This document shows, one piece after another, positions 1 to 12,809 of a stretch of DNA of 64,000 bases; position 1 is the stretch's first letter, and every line of letters begins with the position of its first letter. The notes under the pieces were generated by a model. The model saw nothing but the letters and a program-made list of their open reading frames with translations. It had not been told where the DNA came from and searched no databases. Source of the stretch: Candidatus Latescibacterota bacterium (GTDB taxonomy: Bacteria; Latescibacterota; UBA2968; UBA8231); contig OZ220090.1 in the NCBI GenBank assembly GCA_964291625.2, positions 800,001-864,000 of the forward strand. Reading direction: 5' to 3'. The translations under genes and the position numbers were made by a program.

Positions 1-714
1 GCTTGATCGAGCGCAGATCGTGGACCATCGCCGCCATCTTCTCGAAGGCGTTGACGCCCCGCTCGGGGCTGGAGGCGTGAGCCGACCGGCCCGCGACCTC
101 CACCTCCAGCCACAGGACGCCGTTGTGGCCCAGGCCGACGCGGCTGCCCGAGGCGCCTTCGCACTCCACGGCGTAGTCGGCGTCGACGAGCCCCCTCTTC
201 ACGATCCAGCCGGCCCCCAGGGCTCCACCGGTTTCCTCGTCCGCGGTGAAGGAGACCTCGACGTTGACCGCCGGATCGACGCGCGTATGCCGCAGGGACC
301 TCAGGGCGCCGAGCAACGCCGCGATCGACCCTTTCATGTCGCCGGCGCCCCGGCCGTACAGCCAGCCCCCCCGGGAGACCCCCTCGAAGGGGGCCGCCGC
401 CGACCAGTCGGCGGCGGCCACGGGCACGACATCGTAGTGGGCGTTGAAATGGATGGTCTCGTCGGCTCCGGTGTCCCAACGGGCGACGAGATTGTACCGT
501 GGGTAGTCGGAGTCGACGCCGGCGGCCTCCACCTCGGCGTCCGGTACCCGGTGAACCACGGGACCCATGCCCAGAGCGCCCAGGCGGGCCCTCAGGTGCT
601 CGACCATCGGCCGGTAGTCTTCCCCCGGGGGTTCACGGTGGCCATCCTGACCATCTTGCGCAGGTCTCGCGCCAGGGCACCGCGCCGCTGGTCGAGGTGT
701 TCCAGGGGGTTCAC
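1..714 (-). CDS. M20 family metallopeptidase (ArgE/DapE-like), runs off window start; apparent 1-bp frameshift at ~622-631
   Basis: Manual translation of the minus strand gives HFNAHYDVV, GRGAGDMKG, DEETGG and GRSAHAS motifs. GTG start at 714 overlaps the upstream stop (GTGA). The N-terminus (…ATVNP) joins the GEDY frame only if one C is added to the C5/G5 run. Confidence 0.8.
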
Positions 715-1877
715 GTCCTCCCCTCCTCCCGAAGCTGGGTGGAACTCACGTCCAGGCGGAACGCGGACTCGGGGATCTCCTCGAGGAGGCCGGCGAATTC
801 CGCCGGTACGCGAACATCGCCGAGTCCGCGGTATTCTCCCTCCCAGACCCTCCCCGAAACCAGGAAGCGGGCCCCGAGATCGCGGAGCTCTCGCAAGGCC
901 CGGTCCATATGATCGCGGTGGCCGCCGTAGTACGCGGGCTCGAACAGGCGCACCGCCGTGTCGAAGCCGATGGCGAACCAGCAGCCGGGGAAGAGTCTGG
1001 CCTTGCCCAGGAAGGTCGGCTCACGCGTCAGCAGAAGTCTCCTGCTCCCCCGGGCCTGGCCGGCCCGCTCCAGGATCTCGCGGTACGCCAGCGGGCTCTT
1101 GTCCACGTTCTCCACGGAGAGCTCGAAGCAGGCTCGCCGGCCGCTGAGCCGCTCCGCCGCCTCCGCCAGACCGGAGTGACCGGCGTGCAAGGGGTTGAAG
1201 GAGCCCGCCAGCAGAATCCTTCCCTCGCCCGGCACCGCGGGTCGTCCGGAACCGCCGGAGGCCTCCATCTCCACCGCCTCCAGCCGCCCCCCCAGCAAGC
1301 CCTCCAGAGCCTCGTCGACGGCCGCCTCGGAGGCCTCCACCCGGACCCAGGAGGGCAGGACCGGTCCGCCGGCGCCATCCGCGTCGACACCCGAGGCCGC
1401 AGCGCAGCGGGCGACGAGGACGGCGCTGAGGACCTCCTCCTGGGAGAGCCGGTCCGCGGCCCCCGGGTCGAACCGGAGGCTGGCAAAGGAGTAGGCGAGG
1501 GATCCTCGGGTGCACACGAAGGCCCGGTCCCGCCCCTTTCGCACCCGGTCGGTGGCCAGGGCGGCCGTGGCCCCGGCGCCGACGGCCCCGTCACTGCGGG
1601 CCAGAGTCCGGGCGCGGCCCCTGGCCCTTGCGGCCAGAAGCCGGGCGGTCTCCTCCCGGACCCGGTGGGGGCCCGGTCTGCCGAGATAGTCGGCGATCGC
1701 CTCGGCGAGATAGGGTACCTGGGCCTCGACCAGGGCGCGCGATGCTCCGGGATGGTTGAGCAACCAGCTGACCCCCAGAGAACCTCCGCCCGTGACGGCC
1801 ACGGCCAGGGGCTTTCCGGCCCCCAGGATGGCCTCCACCCTGCCCCAGGCCCAGGACTCGAGGGCCGACTCCGTCAC
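711..1877 (-). CDS. CinA/PncC-like domain fused to HIGH-motif nucleotidyltransferase (NMN/NaMN adenylyltransferase-like)
   Basis: ORF 711..2021 has AVAVTGGGS…GASRALVEAQVPY N-terminally, and GSFNPLHAGH plus DVSSTQLR C-terminally. Likely GTG start at 1877. Confidence 0.7.
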   Translation of the reverse strand: MTESALESWAWGRVEAILGAGKPLAVAVTGGGSLGVSWLLNHPGASRALVEAQVPYLAEAIADYLGRPGPHRVREETARLLAARARGRARTLARSDGAVGAGATAALATDRVRKGRDRAFVCTRGSLAYSFASLRFDPGAADRLSQEEVLSAVLVARCAAASGVDADGAGGPVLPSWVRVEASEAAVDEALEGLLGGRLEAVEMEASGGSGRPAVPGEGRILLAGSFNPLHAGHSGLAEAAERLSGRRACFELSVENVDKSPLAYREILERAGQARGSRRLLLTREPTFLGKARLFPGCWFAIGFDTAVRLFEPAYYGGHRDHMDRALRELRDLGARFLVSGRVWEGEYRGLGDVRVPAEFAGLLEEIPESAFRLDVSSTQLREEGRT

Positions 1878-2063
1878 GGGAGGCCGAGGAAGCCGATCAC
1901 GCCGCGCACCCCCCAGGCGGTGAGAAAGAGGCCGCTCAGGACGTTGAGGATCAGCAGATGACGGCACACGCGCAGAGCCGGCAGCCGCGTCCTGTCGGTC
2001 CACACCATCAGCAGGCACCACAGGCCGCAGGTGAGCACCCCGCCGAGATCGCGGCGGGTGTCA
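1874..2063 (-). pseudogene. C-terminal remnant of a membrane transporter (two hydrophobic helices)
   Basis: VTPAAI/[shift]/GGVLTCGLWCLLMVWTDR…LLILNVLSGLFLTAWG is split across two frames and has no N-terminal body. Its stop overlaps the next start (GTGA). Confidence 0.4.
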
Positions 2064-2126
2064 CTCCTCGGGGGGTTCGGGGTAACGGATGTCCACGTGG
2101 GCAACGAAAGACGGGGATGGCGAAGG

Positions 2127-2156
2127 TTGTCAATCGCCCTCGTCCCTCGGCATATT
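2127..2156 (+). promoter_or_regulatory. sigma70-like promoter of galU (probably leaderless)
   Basis: TTGTCA-18bp-CATATT; the ATG is 7 nt after the -10 box and there is no SD. Confidence 0.5.
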
Positions 2157-2163
2157 CCCCGCC

Positions 2164-3120
2164 ATGACCATCGATCGCGCCGTCATACCGGTGGCAGGTC
2201 TCGGCACGCGGCTGCTGCCGACGACCAAGGCCGTGCCCAAGGAGATGCTCCCCGCGGGGCGCCTGCCGATCATCCACCACGTCGTGGAGGAGTTGATCGC
2301 CGCCGGGATCCGGCGGATCCTGTTCGTCAGCAGCCGCCAGAAAGGGGCGATCGAGAACCATTTCGACGACTACTCGTCGCTGCTGATGCACCTGGAGTTG
2401 GACGGCCGGGACGTCCGCGAGATGGGGCGCTTCGACTACCGCCAGCGCGGCATCGAGTTCTTCTTCACCCGGCAGCAGGTACCCCTGGGGGAGACCAAGC
2501 CCCTGGGCACGGGAGACGCCGTCGCCTCGGCCGAGAGTTTCGTCGGCGGCTCCGACTTCGTCGTCGCCTACGGGGACAGCATCATCGCCTCACCGGACCC
2601 TCCCGGCCTCGTGGAACGGATGATCGCCTCCCACGAGGAGCACCGCTCCGCCTGCACCATCGGCGCCTGGGAGGTGAGGCCGGAGATGGTGGGCCACTAC
2701 GGCATCCTGGTGCCCGGACAGACCGGAGAGGACCCGGCGGACATCCGCCTCGCCGACATCATCGAGAAGCCGGCCCCCGGCACCACCGACAGCCGCCTGG
2801 CGGTGAGCGCCCGCTACGTCTTCGCGCCGGAGATCTTCGACAGCATCCGCGCCGTGGCGCCCTCCGAGACGGGGGAGATCTACCTCACCGATGCGATCCA
2901 CCGCCTCATCAAGTGCGGGCGCGAGGTCCGCTCCGTGCGCCTCCGGGAGGACGAGACGCGTTACGACATCGGCAACCACTCCGCCTACTTCCGGACCTTC
3001 ATCGACTTCGCCCTGAAGGACCCGGAATGGGGGGAGGAGATGGCCGCCTACCTGTCCGGGCGGCTGGCCGGAGGGTCCGCCCGGACAGGCGGGCGGGACG
3101 CCTCCGGGGGGGCGGGATGA
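2164..3120 (+). CDS. galU: UTP--glucose-1-phosphate uridylyltransferase
   Basis: AVIPVAGLGTRLLPTTKAVPKEMLP, LGTGDAV, IIEKP, GEIYLTDA motifs. Confidence 0.9.
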   Translation: MTIDRAVIPVAGLGTRLLPTTKAVPKEMLPAGRLPIIHHVVEELIAAGIRRILFVSSRQKGAIENHFDDYSSLLMHLELDGRDVREMGRFDYRQRGIEFFFTRQQVPLGETKPLGTGDAVASAESFVGGSDFVVAYGDSIIASPDPPGLVERMIASHEEHRSACTIGAWEVRPEMVGHYGILVPGQTGEDPADIRLADIIEKPAPGTTDSRLAVSARYVFAPEIFDSIRAVAPSETGEIYLTDAIHRLIKCGREVRSVRLREDETRYDIGNHSAYFRTFIDFALKDPEWGEEMAAYLSGRLAGGSARTGGRDASGGAG

Positions 3121-3195
3121 GCCGGGGCGAGGGACACGGGACGACGCCCTTCGAGATCGTTGCGAACCGGGGTTGCAGGAGGGGGCCCTTCACCG

Positions 3196-3223
3196 TTGAC
3201 AGCAACGGGCCTCGCCGTATCTT
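3196..3223 (+). promoter_or_regulatory. sigma70-like promoter of the siroheme reductase operon
   Basis: TTGACA-16bp-TATCTT followed by an AT-rich patch. Confidence 0.5.
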
Positions 3224-3320
3224 ACGGCAACCTTAACGCACTGATTTATCAAGAGCATAGGCCATCGGGGCCCAATTCCGACGCGGGATCCCGGGGGCGC
3301 ATCCAAAGCAGGTGGCAGAG

Positions 3321-5593
<2,273 letters not shown>

Positions 5594-5594
<1 letters not shown>

Positions 5595-6175
5595 TGACCG
5601 TCGATCTGCAACGCCTGAACGTCAAACTCTATCTGGAACCGGGGTGCCTGCTTTCTCCGGAGGAGACCTTCCGCGTCTTCAGCCAGTGGATTCCCGAGTC
5701 CGAGGACGAGATCCTCATCGACGTCGCCGACTACAGCCACATCGACCGGGGGCCTCGGACGGTGCTCGTCGGGCACGACGCAAACTATGTCCTCGACAAC
5801 ACCGACGGCCGCCTTGGTCTCCTCTACGGCCGCAAGACGGACGCCAACGGCCCGGCGGCCGATCGCCTGCGCCACGCCTTCTCCTCCGCCTTGAAGGCCT
5901 GCCGCCGGCTGGAGGAACATCCCGACCTGTCCGGCAGGGCCCGATTCCGCGGCTCCGAGGCCCTCCTCGTGGTCAACGACCGCCTTCGGGCCCCCAACAC
6001 CGAAGAGACGCTGGAGGCCCTGCGCCCCGATCTCGACGAATTTCTCGCCAGGCTCTATCCGGGCGGACCCGGCCGGGTGCAGCGCGACTCGGACGAGCGC
6101 GAGCGTCTGACCCTTCGGATCGAGGCGCGCGATGTCCTCCCCGTCTGCTCCCTGCTGGATCGTCTCGGTGACTGA
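5594..6175 (+). CDS. hypothetical protein translationally coupled to the reductase
   Basis: 193 aa ORF with TGATG overlap and native codon usage; contains LIDVADYSH and NDRLRAPN. Confidence 0.75.
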
Positions 6176-6306
6176 GAGCGTCCGCACCGCCGGCCCTGTT
6201 CGGCCGCTTCCCGATCGAGTTGACAGTACTCCCGGGCCTCTCTATATACGTCCGGTCGCGCCAGGAGACCGTCGCGACGAGAGCGGATGACCTGGAGAAA
6301 GGATTC

Positions 6307-6561
6307 ATGACCTACATCATCGCCGAACCGTGCATCGACGTGAAGGACAAGGCCTGCGTCGAGGTTTGCCCGGTGGACTGCATCCATCCAGTGGACGGCG
6401 AGGGGGTTCCGATGCTCTACATCGACCCCGACGAGTGCATCGATTGCGGGGCCTGCGAGCCGGAGTGCCCCGTGGAAGCGATCTTTGCCGAAGAAGACCT
6501 GCCGGAAGAGTGGAACAAGTACCTCGAGATCAACGCCGCGTACTTCCGGGACCAGCAGTAG
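6307..6561 (+). CDS. fdxA: 7Fe ([3Fe-4S]/[4Fe-4S]) ferredoxin
   Basis: [26 protein letters not shown]…[22 protein letters not shown] upstream; TTGACA-17-TATATA at 6220-6248. Confidence 0.9.
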   Translation: MTYIIAEPCIDVKDKACVEVCPVDCIHPVDGEGVPMLYIDPDECIDCGACEPECPVEAIFAEEDLPEEWNKYLEINAAYFRDQQ

Positions 6562-6641
6562 GAATCGCCGCGGACTCCCACCGAACCTTCCAGCCCCCAA
6601 GGGGCGGCGGCATTCGATGGTCCGCCGCCCCTTGATCTTCC

Positions 6642-7703
6642 ATGGCCAGATCCCGCCCAAAAGGTAAATCCACGCCGAAGCGAGCCCCCGCCCGTTCCCG
6701 CCGCTCGGAGGCCCGGTCGGGATCCACCCGCGCCCCGGAGACACGGCAGGATCCCGACCTGCTGTGGTTCCTGTACCGGAAGATGGTCGAGATCCGCAAG
6801 TTCGAGGAACACGTCTGGGACGTGTACACACGGGGATGGATGCCGGGGCTGGCCCACCTCTACATCGGCGAGGAATCCGTCGCCGCCGGCGCCTGCGCCG
6901 CCCTGCGTGAGGACGACTACATCACCTCGACCCACCGGGGGCACGGCCACTGCCTGGCCAAGGGCGCCCGCCTAGACCGGATGATGGCCGAGATCATGGG
7001 CAAGGAGTCCGGATACTGTCGCGGCAAGGGCGGATCGATGCACATCGCCGATGTCTCCCTGGGGAACCTCGGGGCCAACGGCATCGTCGGCGGCAGCTTC
7101 GGGATCGCCACCGGCGCCGCCCTGTCCTCGAAGCTGCGGGGGGCCGATCAGGTGGCAGTCTGCTTCTTCGGCGACGGAGCGGCGAACCAGGGCATTCTTC
7201 TGGAGACGGCCAACATGGCCGTCATCTGGGACCTGCCGGTGATCTACCTCTGCGAGAACAACCAGTATGGGGAGCACACCCCCTTCGAGGCGGTCACCGG
7301 CGTCCAGGAGATCGTGGAACGCGCAAGTGGTCTGGGCATGGAGGGGGTGCGGCTCGACGGGTCGGACGTCCTCGCCGTCCACCAGGCCGTGGCCAAGGCC
7401 GTGTCCAAGGCCCGGGGCGGCGGCGGTCCGACCTTCATCGAGGCCGTCACCTACCGCTTCCGAGGTCACCACGTCGGCGACGCCGCGCCCTACCGCACGA
7501 AGGCGGAGCTCGACTGGTGGATGGAGAACAAGGATCCCATCCATCTTCTCGGCCGGACGATGAGCGAGGCGGGGCTGGCCGACTCCGCTCAGCTCGACGA
7601 GCTCCAGCAGCTGGTGGAGGAGGAGGTGCTCGCCGCCGTCGAGTTCGCCCGCAACGAGCCCGACCCCGACCCGTCCCAGGCCTTCGAGGACCTGTACGCC
7701 TGA
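6642..7703 (+). CDS. TPP-dependent dehydrogenase E1 alpha subunit (acetoin/pyruvate DH-like)
   Basis: STHRGHGH, GKGGSMH, GDGAANQG…ENNQY, TYRFRGHH motifs. Confidence 0.9.
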   Translation: MARSRPKGKSTPKRAPARSRRSEARSGSTRAPETRQDPDLLWFLYRKMVEIRKFEEHVWDVYTRGWMPGLAHLYIGEESVAAGACAALREDDYITSTHRGHGHCLAKGARLDRMMAEIMGKESGYCRGKGGSMHIADVSLGNLGANGIVGGSFGIATGAALSSKLRGADQVAVCFFGDGAANQGILLETANMAVIWDLPVIYLCENNQYGEHTPFEAVTGVQEIVERASGLGMEGVRLDGSDVLAVHQAVAKAVSKARGGGGPTFIEAVTYRFRGHHVGDAAPYRTKAELDWWMENKDPIHLLGRTMSEAGLADSAQLDELQQLVEEEVLAAVEFARNEPDPDPSQAFEDLYA

Positions 7704-7713
7704 GGGCGCCCCG

Positions 7714-8700
7714 ATGACACGTGAGATCACCTTCCGCGAGGCCGTGTGCGAGGCCATGGCCGAGGAGATGAGGCGCGATCCGAAGGTCATCCTCATCGGC
7801 GAGGATGTGGGCCCGTCCGGGGGAATCTTCAAGTGCAGCGAGGGGCTCTTCGACGAGTTCGGCCCCGAGAGGGTCATCGACGCTCCCATCTCCGAGGCGG
7901 GCTACGTCGGCGTCAGTGTCGGGGCGGCCATGACCGGCCTGCGGCCCATCGCCGAGCTGATGTTCGGGGACTTCTCTCTGCTCACAATGGACCAGCTCGT
8001 CAACCAGGCCGCCAAGATCCGCTACATGACAGGCGGCCAGTGCAAGGTGCCCCTCACCGTACGTCTCACCATGGGAGCGGGCCGGTCGTCGGCGGCCCAG
8101 CACTCCCAGTCCCTGCACGCCCTGTTCTCCCACATACCGGGCCTGAAGGTGGTCATCCCCTCCTGCCCCGCCGACGCCAAGGGGCTTCTCAAGTCGGCGA
8201 TCCGCGACGACAACCCGGTCCTGGTCTTCGAGGACAAGATGATGTACAACGACAACGGCCCCGTTCCGGAGGAGGAGGAGGCGGTCCCCCTCGGCCGGGC
8301 GGAGGTCCGCAGGTCGGGGTCCGACGTCGCCCTGGTGGCCACTTCAAGCATGGTCGGGCTCGCCCTCGAGGCGGCCGAAGTCCTCGCCGGCGAGGGGGTG
8401 CAGGCCGAGGTCGTCGATCTCCGCAGTCTCTTTCCTCTCGACAAGGATGCTCTCGTCGCCGCGGCGAAAAAGACGGGCTACGTGGTCGTCGTGGACGAGG
8501 GCGCGAGACGTTTCGGCGTTACCGGCGAGCTGGCCTCCATCATTCAGGAGCACGCCTTCGACTGGCTCGACGGACCCGTGGTCAGGGTTGCCGCGGCGGA
8601 CGTACCTGTTCCCTTCAGCCCCGCCTTGGAGATGCCCACGATCCCCGATGCGGCTCTCGTCGTGGAGGCCGTGCGCGGCCTCCGGGGTCGAGGCGATTGA
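7714..8700 (+). CDS. TPP-dependent dehydrogenase E1 beta subunit
   Basis: IGEDVG, RVIDAPISE, ELMFGDF, AAQHSQ, DAKGLLKSAIRDDNPV motifs. Confidence 0.9.
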   Translation: MTREITFREAVCEAMAEEMRRDPKVILIGEDVGPSGGIFKCSEGLFDEFGPERVIDAPISEAGYVGVSVGAAMTGLRPIAELMFGDFSLLTMDQLVNQAAKIRYMTGGQCKVPLTVRLTMGAGRSSAAQHSQSLHALFSHIPGLKVVIPSCPADAKGLLKSAIRDDNPVLVFEDKMMYNDNGPVPEEEEAVPLGRAEVRRSGSDVALVATSSMVGLALEAAEVLAGEGVQAEVVDLRSLFPLDKDALVAAAKKTGYVVVVDEGARRFGVTGELASIIQEHAFDWLDGPVVRVAAADVPVPFSPALEMPTIPDAALVVEAVRGLRGRGD

Positions 8701-9614
8701 CCCGCCCTCTCTGTCTCGTCACGGGCTCCTCCAGCGGCATTGGCGCCGCCATCGTCCGCCGCTTCGCCGCCCACGGCTACGACGTGGTGGTCCACTACAA
8801 CTCCGGACAGGACCGCGCCCGGGCGATCGCCGACGAGATCTCCGGCCGGCACCAGGTCACGGCCGGGGTCATCGGCGCCGACCTCTCGCAGAGGGACGAG
8901 GCCTTCCGCCTCGTCGACGAGGCCCGCGAGCGCTTCGGGCGCCTCGACGTGGCGATCAGCAACAGCGGCGTGGCCAACTACGTCCGCGGAGACGACGGCG
9001 AGCTGATCCGGCACCGCTTCCAGGAGTGTCCGCCCGAACATCTCGACCGGGAGATGGCCCGCGTCCTCGACCTCAACCTCATGGGCGCCTACCGCTTCGG
9101 GCAGCGCGCTCTCAAGCACATGATCGAGGCCGCGAGGTCCGAGGCCGGCACGGGACGGCCGTCCCATCGAAGCATCCTCTTCATCACCTCCATCTCGGAC
9201 GCCGCGCCGGAGGCGACCCGCATCCCCTACGGCGTCAGCAAGGCCGGCCTCAACCACGTCGTCCTCGGCGCCGCCTTCGAGGCCGGACCTCACAACATCA
9301 CGGTGAACGCCCTGCGGCCCGGTGTCGTCGACACGCCGCTCACGGCCCGTCCTTCGGGGGTGCAGGATCCGGAATCAGGGCGGGAGTACACGGTGGCGGA
9401 GACCTATGGCCTGATGGCGAAGGGCGGCTCCCAGGCCCTCCCCTGGATCGCCGAGCCCGACGACATCGCGGTGGCCGCCCACGCCTTCACGCAGATCCCC
9501 TACATGACGGGGCAACTGGTCGCCGTGGACGGCGGCTTCACCCTCGCCAACGGCTTCCCGAACCGCGAACTGTTTCTCAACGAGGGACTGCGCAGACGCC
9601 GCGGAGGTGACTGA
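8697..9614 (+). CDS. SDR family NAD(P)-dependent oxidoreductase
   Basis: LVTGSSSGIG, YGVSKAG, VNALRPG, VDGG motifs. TTG start overlaps the E1 beta stop (TTGA). Confidence 0.85.
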   Translation: MTRPLCLVTGSSSGIGAAIVRRFAAHGYDVVVHYNSGQDRARAIADEISGRHQVTAGVIGADLSQRDEAFRLVDEARERFGRLDVAISNSGVANYVRGDDGELIRHRFQECPPEHLDREMARVLDLNLMGAYRFGQRALKHMIEAARSEAGTGRPSHRSILFITSISDAAPEATRIPYGVSKAGLNHVVLGAAFEAGPHNITVNALRPGVVDTPLTARPSGVQDPESGREYTVAETYGLMAKGGSQALPWIAEPDDIAVAAHAFTQIPYMTGQLVAVDGGFTLANGFPNRELFLNEGLRRRRGGD

Positions 9615-9659
9615 AGGGGCGGCCTGGCGGGAGCACGGCCTGGGCGACCGTGCCCCGTG

Positions 9660-10412
9660 CTAGTGTTCCTTGATGCTCCCCATGCGAATGTCGATGTCCT
9701 CGCGGTTGGCTACGCGCTCAAGGGCACCGTCGCGGATCCAGGCCATGCGGTCGCAGGCGCTCAGCATCTTGTCGTCGTGGGTCACCGTGATGATGGTGGA
9801 GCCCATCTCCCCCTGCAGCTTCTTCATGAAATCGATGATCGACTGGCCGGTGTTGCTGTCGAGGTTGCCCGTCGGCTCGTCGGCGAGAATGATCCGCGGG
9901 CTGTTGACGAAGGCCCGGGCGATGGCGACGCGCTGCTGCTGCCCGCCGCTCAGCTCCGAGGGCAGGTGATGGGCGCGGTCGGCGAGCCCGACGATGTCCA
10001 GACACTCCATGGCCCGCTTTTCGCCGTCGGCGGTGCTCATGCCCGCGAAGATCGTCGGCAGGGCGACGTTCATGAGCGCGCTCATCACCGGCAGCAGGTT
10101 GTAGGTCTGGAAGATGTAGCCGAGCTCGAAGCAGCGGACGGCGGCCAGCTTCTGCGGGGACAGGGACGCCAGGTTGACGCCCTCGATCAGGACCTCGCCG
10201 GAGGTCGGCGTCTGGAGCGCCCCGATCTGGTTGAACAAGGTGCTCTTGCCCGAGCCGGAGGGCCCCATGATGGCGAAGAACTCGTTCTCGTAGACCTTGA
10301 CCGTGAGACCCCGCAAGGCGTGGACGTGGGTCGACTCGTCGCGGTTCTTCGCGTTGTACACCATCGTCACGTCGCGGACATCGACGATGACGGAACCACT
10401 CACTTGCGCCAT
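9660..10412 (-). CDS. ABC transporter ATP-binding protein (LolD/MacB-like)
   Basis: [38 protein letters not shown] motifs. Confidence 0.88.
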   Translation of the reverse strand: MAQVSGSVIVDVRDVTMVYNAKNRDESTHVHALRGLTVKVYENEFFAIMGPSGSGKSTLFNQIGALQTPTSGEVLIEGVNLASLSPQKLAAVRCFELGYIFQTYNLLPVMSALMNVALPTIFAGMSTADGEKRAMECLDIVGLADRAHHLPSELSGGQQQRVAIARAFVNSPRIILADEPTGNLDSNTGQSIIDFMKKLQGEMGSTIITVTHDDKMLSACDRMAWIRDGALERVANREDIDIRMGSIKEH

Positions 10413-10466
10413 GGACGGATCCGCTCCTGGCCGGAGCTCGGCGGGTTGGACCTGCGTGAGGGGGAA

Positions 10467-10496
10467 AATGTAGTTGCGGCCCCCGGCGGGGGTCAA
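10467..10496 (-). promoter_or_regulatory. sigma70-like promoter of the ABC ATPase
   Basis: Minus strand TTGACC-18bp-TACATT. Confidence 0.5.
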
Positions 10497-10558
10497 TCGA
10501 CCCCGGACAAGCGGGGACGGACGGGACCCGCGCCCCCCCGGCGCCGTCGACCCCGGCC

Positions 10559-12565
10559 TCACCCCGCCCTTCGGTCCTGGCCCTGCTCCTTCAGGCGTGT
10601 GATCTCGTCGCGCAGAGCCGCGGCCTTCTCGAACTCCAGCGCCGTGGCGGCCTCGTTCATCTGGCGCTCGAGCTCGGCCACCATGTCCTCTGCGGCATCC
10701 TCCGCGGCAGCCGCCGAATAGTCCCTCCGCGGCCGCTCCGCCGCCTCGGCCTGCTTGACGCTCTCGAGGACCGATGTGGCCTGCAGGATGTCGGCCCGGG
10801 TCCGCTGAATCGTCTGCGGCGTGATGCCGTGCTCCTCGTTGAAGGCCTGCTGCAGCCGGCGTCGGCGCCCGGTCTCCTCGATCGTCCCCCGCATGGAGTT
10901 CGTCATCTTGTCGCCGTAGAGGATGACCAGGCCGGCCGCGTTGCGGGCGGCGCGGCCCACCGTCTGGATCAGGGCCTGCTCGGAGCGCAGGAACCCCTCC
11001 TTGTCGGCGTCGAGAATCGCCACCAGCGAGACCTCGGGCAGGTCCAGGCCCTCGCGCAGCAGGTTGATCCCCACCAGGACGTCGAACTCCCCCAGGCGCA
11101 GGTCCCGCAGGATGCCGACCCGGTCGAGGGTGTCGATCTCGGAGTGCAGGTAGCGCACGCGGAACCCGAGCTGGGCCAGGTAGTCGGTGAGCTTCTCGGC
11201 CATGCGCTTGGTCAGCACCGTGACCAGGACCCTCTCGCCCCTCTCGGCGCGGGCCCTGATCTCGTCCATGAGGTCGTCGACCTGGTTGCCCAGGGGACGG
11301 ACCTCGATGACCGGATCGACCAGCCCCGTGGGCCGGATCACCTGCTCCACGACGACTCCGCCGGCGCGCTCGAGCTCGTAGGACGCGGGCGTGGCGGAGA
11401 GGAAGATCGTCTGCCCCATGTGCTCCTCGAACTCCTCGAAGTACAGGGGCCGGTTGTCGTACGCCGACGGCAGACGGAAGCCGTGCTCCACGAGCATGTC
11501 CTTGCGCGAGCGGTCGCCCCGCCACATGCCCCGCACCTGGGGGATCGTCATGTGGGACTCGTCGACGAAGAGCAGGAAGTCGTCGGGGAAGTAGTCCATC
11601 AGCACCCACGGCGGCGCCCCCGGTTCTCGGTGGTCCATGTAGCGCGAGTAGTTCTCGATCCCCGGGCAGAAGCCGATCTCGCGGATCATCTCCACGTCGT
11701 AGCGGGTGCGCGTCTCCAGACGATGGGCCTCGACGAGCTTCTCCTGCTCCTGCAACTCCAGCAGCCGCTGCTCCAGCTCGAGGAGGATCGCCTCGCAGGC
11801 GCGCTCGAGCTTGTCCTCGTCGGTGACGTAGGCCTTGGCGGGATAGAGGGTGACGCCCTGGCGCTCGTCGACCTGGCTCCCCGTGACCGCGTCGAGAATG
11901 GTGATCGCCTCCACCTCGTCTCCGAAGAGCTCGATGTGGACCGCGAGATCCTCGGCTGCGGGAACGACTTCGACCACGTCCCCGCGCACGCGGAAGCAGC
12001 CGCGCTTCAACTCGAGGTCGTTGCGGCTGTAGTAGATGTCGATCAGGCGGCGGAGCAGATCGTCCCTCTCGATACGGTCCCCCACCTCGACCGTGAGCCG
12101 CTGGGCCTCGAACTCGCGCGGCGAGCCGATCCCGTAGATGCAGGAGACGGTGGCTACGATGATCGTGTCCCGGCGCTCGAGTAGGGAGCTCATTGCCTTC
12201 AGGCGCAGGCGGTCGATCTCCTCGTTGATATCGACCTCCTTCTCGATGTACGTGTCGGTCGCCGGGCGGTAGGCTTCGGGCTGGTAGTAGTCGTAGTAGC
12301 TGACGAAATACTCCACGGCGTTGTCCGGGAAGTAGCCCCGCAACTCTCCGTAGAGCTGTGCCGCCAGGGTCTTGTTGTGGGAAATGACGAGGGCCGGCCG
12401 GTCGAAGTGGGCGATGACGTTGGCCATGGTGAAGGTCTTGCCGCTGCCCGTCACCCCCAGGAGGGTCTGGCAGGGGGCTCCCCGCTCGATGCCGTCGACG
12501 AGCTCGGCGATGGCCCGCGGTTGGTCTCCCTCGGGCTGGTAGTCGGCGACCAGACGGTATGACAC
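10559..12565 (-). CDS. uvrB: excinuclease ABC subunit B
   Basis: [37 protein letters not shown] motifs; C-terminal UVR domain. Confidence 0.97.
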   Translation of the reverse strand: MSYRLVADYQPEGDQPRAIAELVDGIERGAPCQTLLGVTGSGKTFTMANVIAHFDRPALVISHNKTLAAQLYGELRGYFPDNAVEYFVSYYDYYQPEAYRPATDTYIEKEVDINEEIDRLRLKAMSSLLERRDTIIVATVSCIYGIGSPREFEAQRLTVEVGDRIERDDLLRRLIDIYYSRNDLELKRGCFRVRGDVVEVVPAAEDLAVHIELFGDEVEAITILDAVTGSQVDERQGVTLYPAKAYVTDEDKLERACEAILLELEQRLLELQEQEKLVEAHRLETRTRYDVEMIREIGFCPGIENYSRYMDHREPGAPPWVLMDYFPDDFLLFVDESHMTIPQVRGMWRGDRSRKDMLVEHGFRLPSAYDNRPLYFEEFEEHMGQTIFLSATPASYELERAGGVVVEQVIRPTGLVDPVIEVRPLGNQVDDLMDEIRARAERGERVLVTVLTKRMAEKLTDYLAQLGFRVRYLHSEIDTLDRVGILRDLRLGEFDVLVGINLLREGLDLPEVSLVAILDADKEGFLRSEQALIQTVGRAARNAAGLVILYGDKMTNSMRGTIEETGRRRRLQQAFNEEHGITPQTIQRTRADILQATSVLESVKQAEAAERPRRDYSAAAAEDAAEDMVAELERQMNEAATALEFEKAAALRDEITRLKEQGQDRRAG

Positions 12566-12623
12566 GGACCCAAACCCCTTGTCCCTCAGATGATTAGCCC
12601 CTCTCGCGAGCGGCTGGCCGCCG

Positions 12624-12653
12624 AATCTATGCCCCCCGGCGAATCCCTGTCAA
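12624..12653 (-). promoter_or_regulatory. sigma70-like promoter of uvrB
   Basis: Minus strand TTGACA-18bp-TAGATT. Confidence 0.55.
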
Positions 12654-12809
12654 CGTCCTGCCCCCCCAACATCCCTTCCTGGGTGCCATCATGGCGCCTT
12701 TGCCTGCCTTTTGTGCAGCCTCTCCATCCTGACATACTTTCCATGAATCGTTATGTGATCATTGATATCTTGTTGCAGAAGAAACAAATGCAGATTTTTC
12801 CCAAGTGGA

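Noticed and set aside
12594-12620. TTAGC… as a CIRCE element for dnaK
   Set aside because: The right arm (GAGTGCTAA) is absent and the left arm is mismatched.
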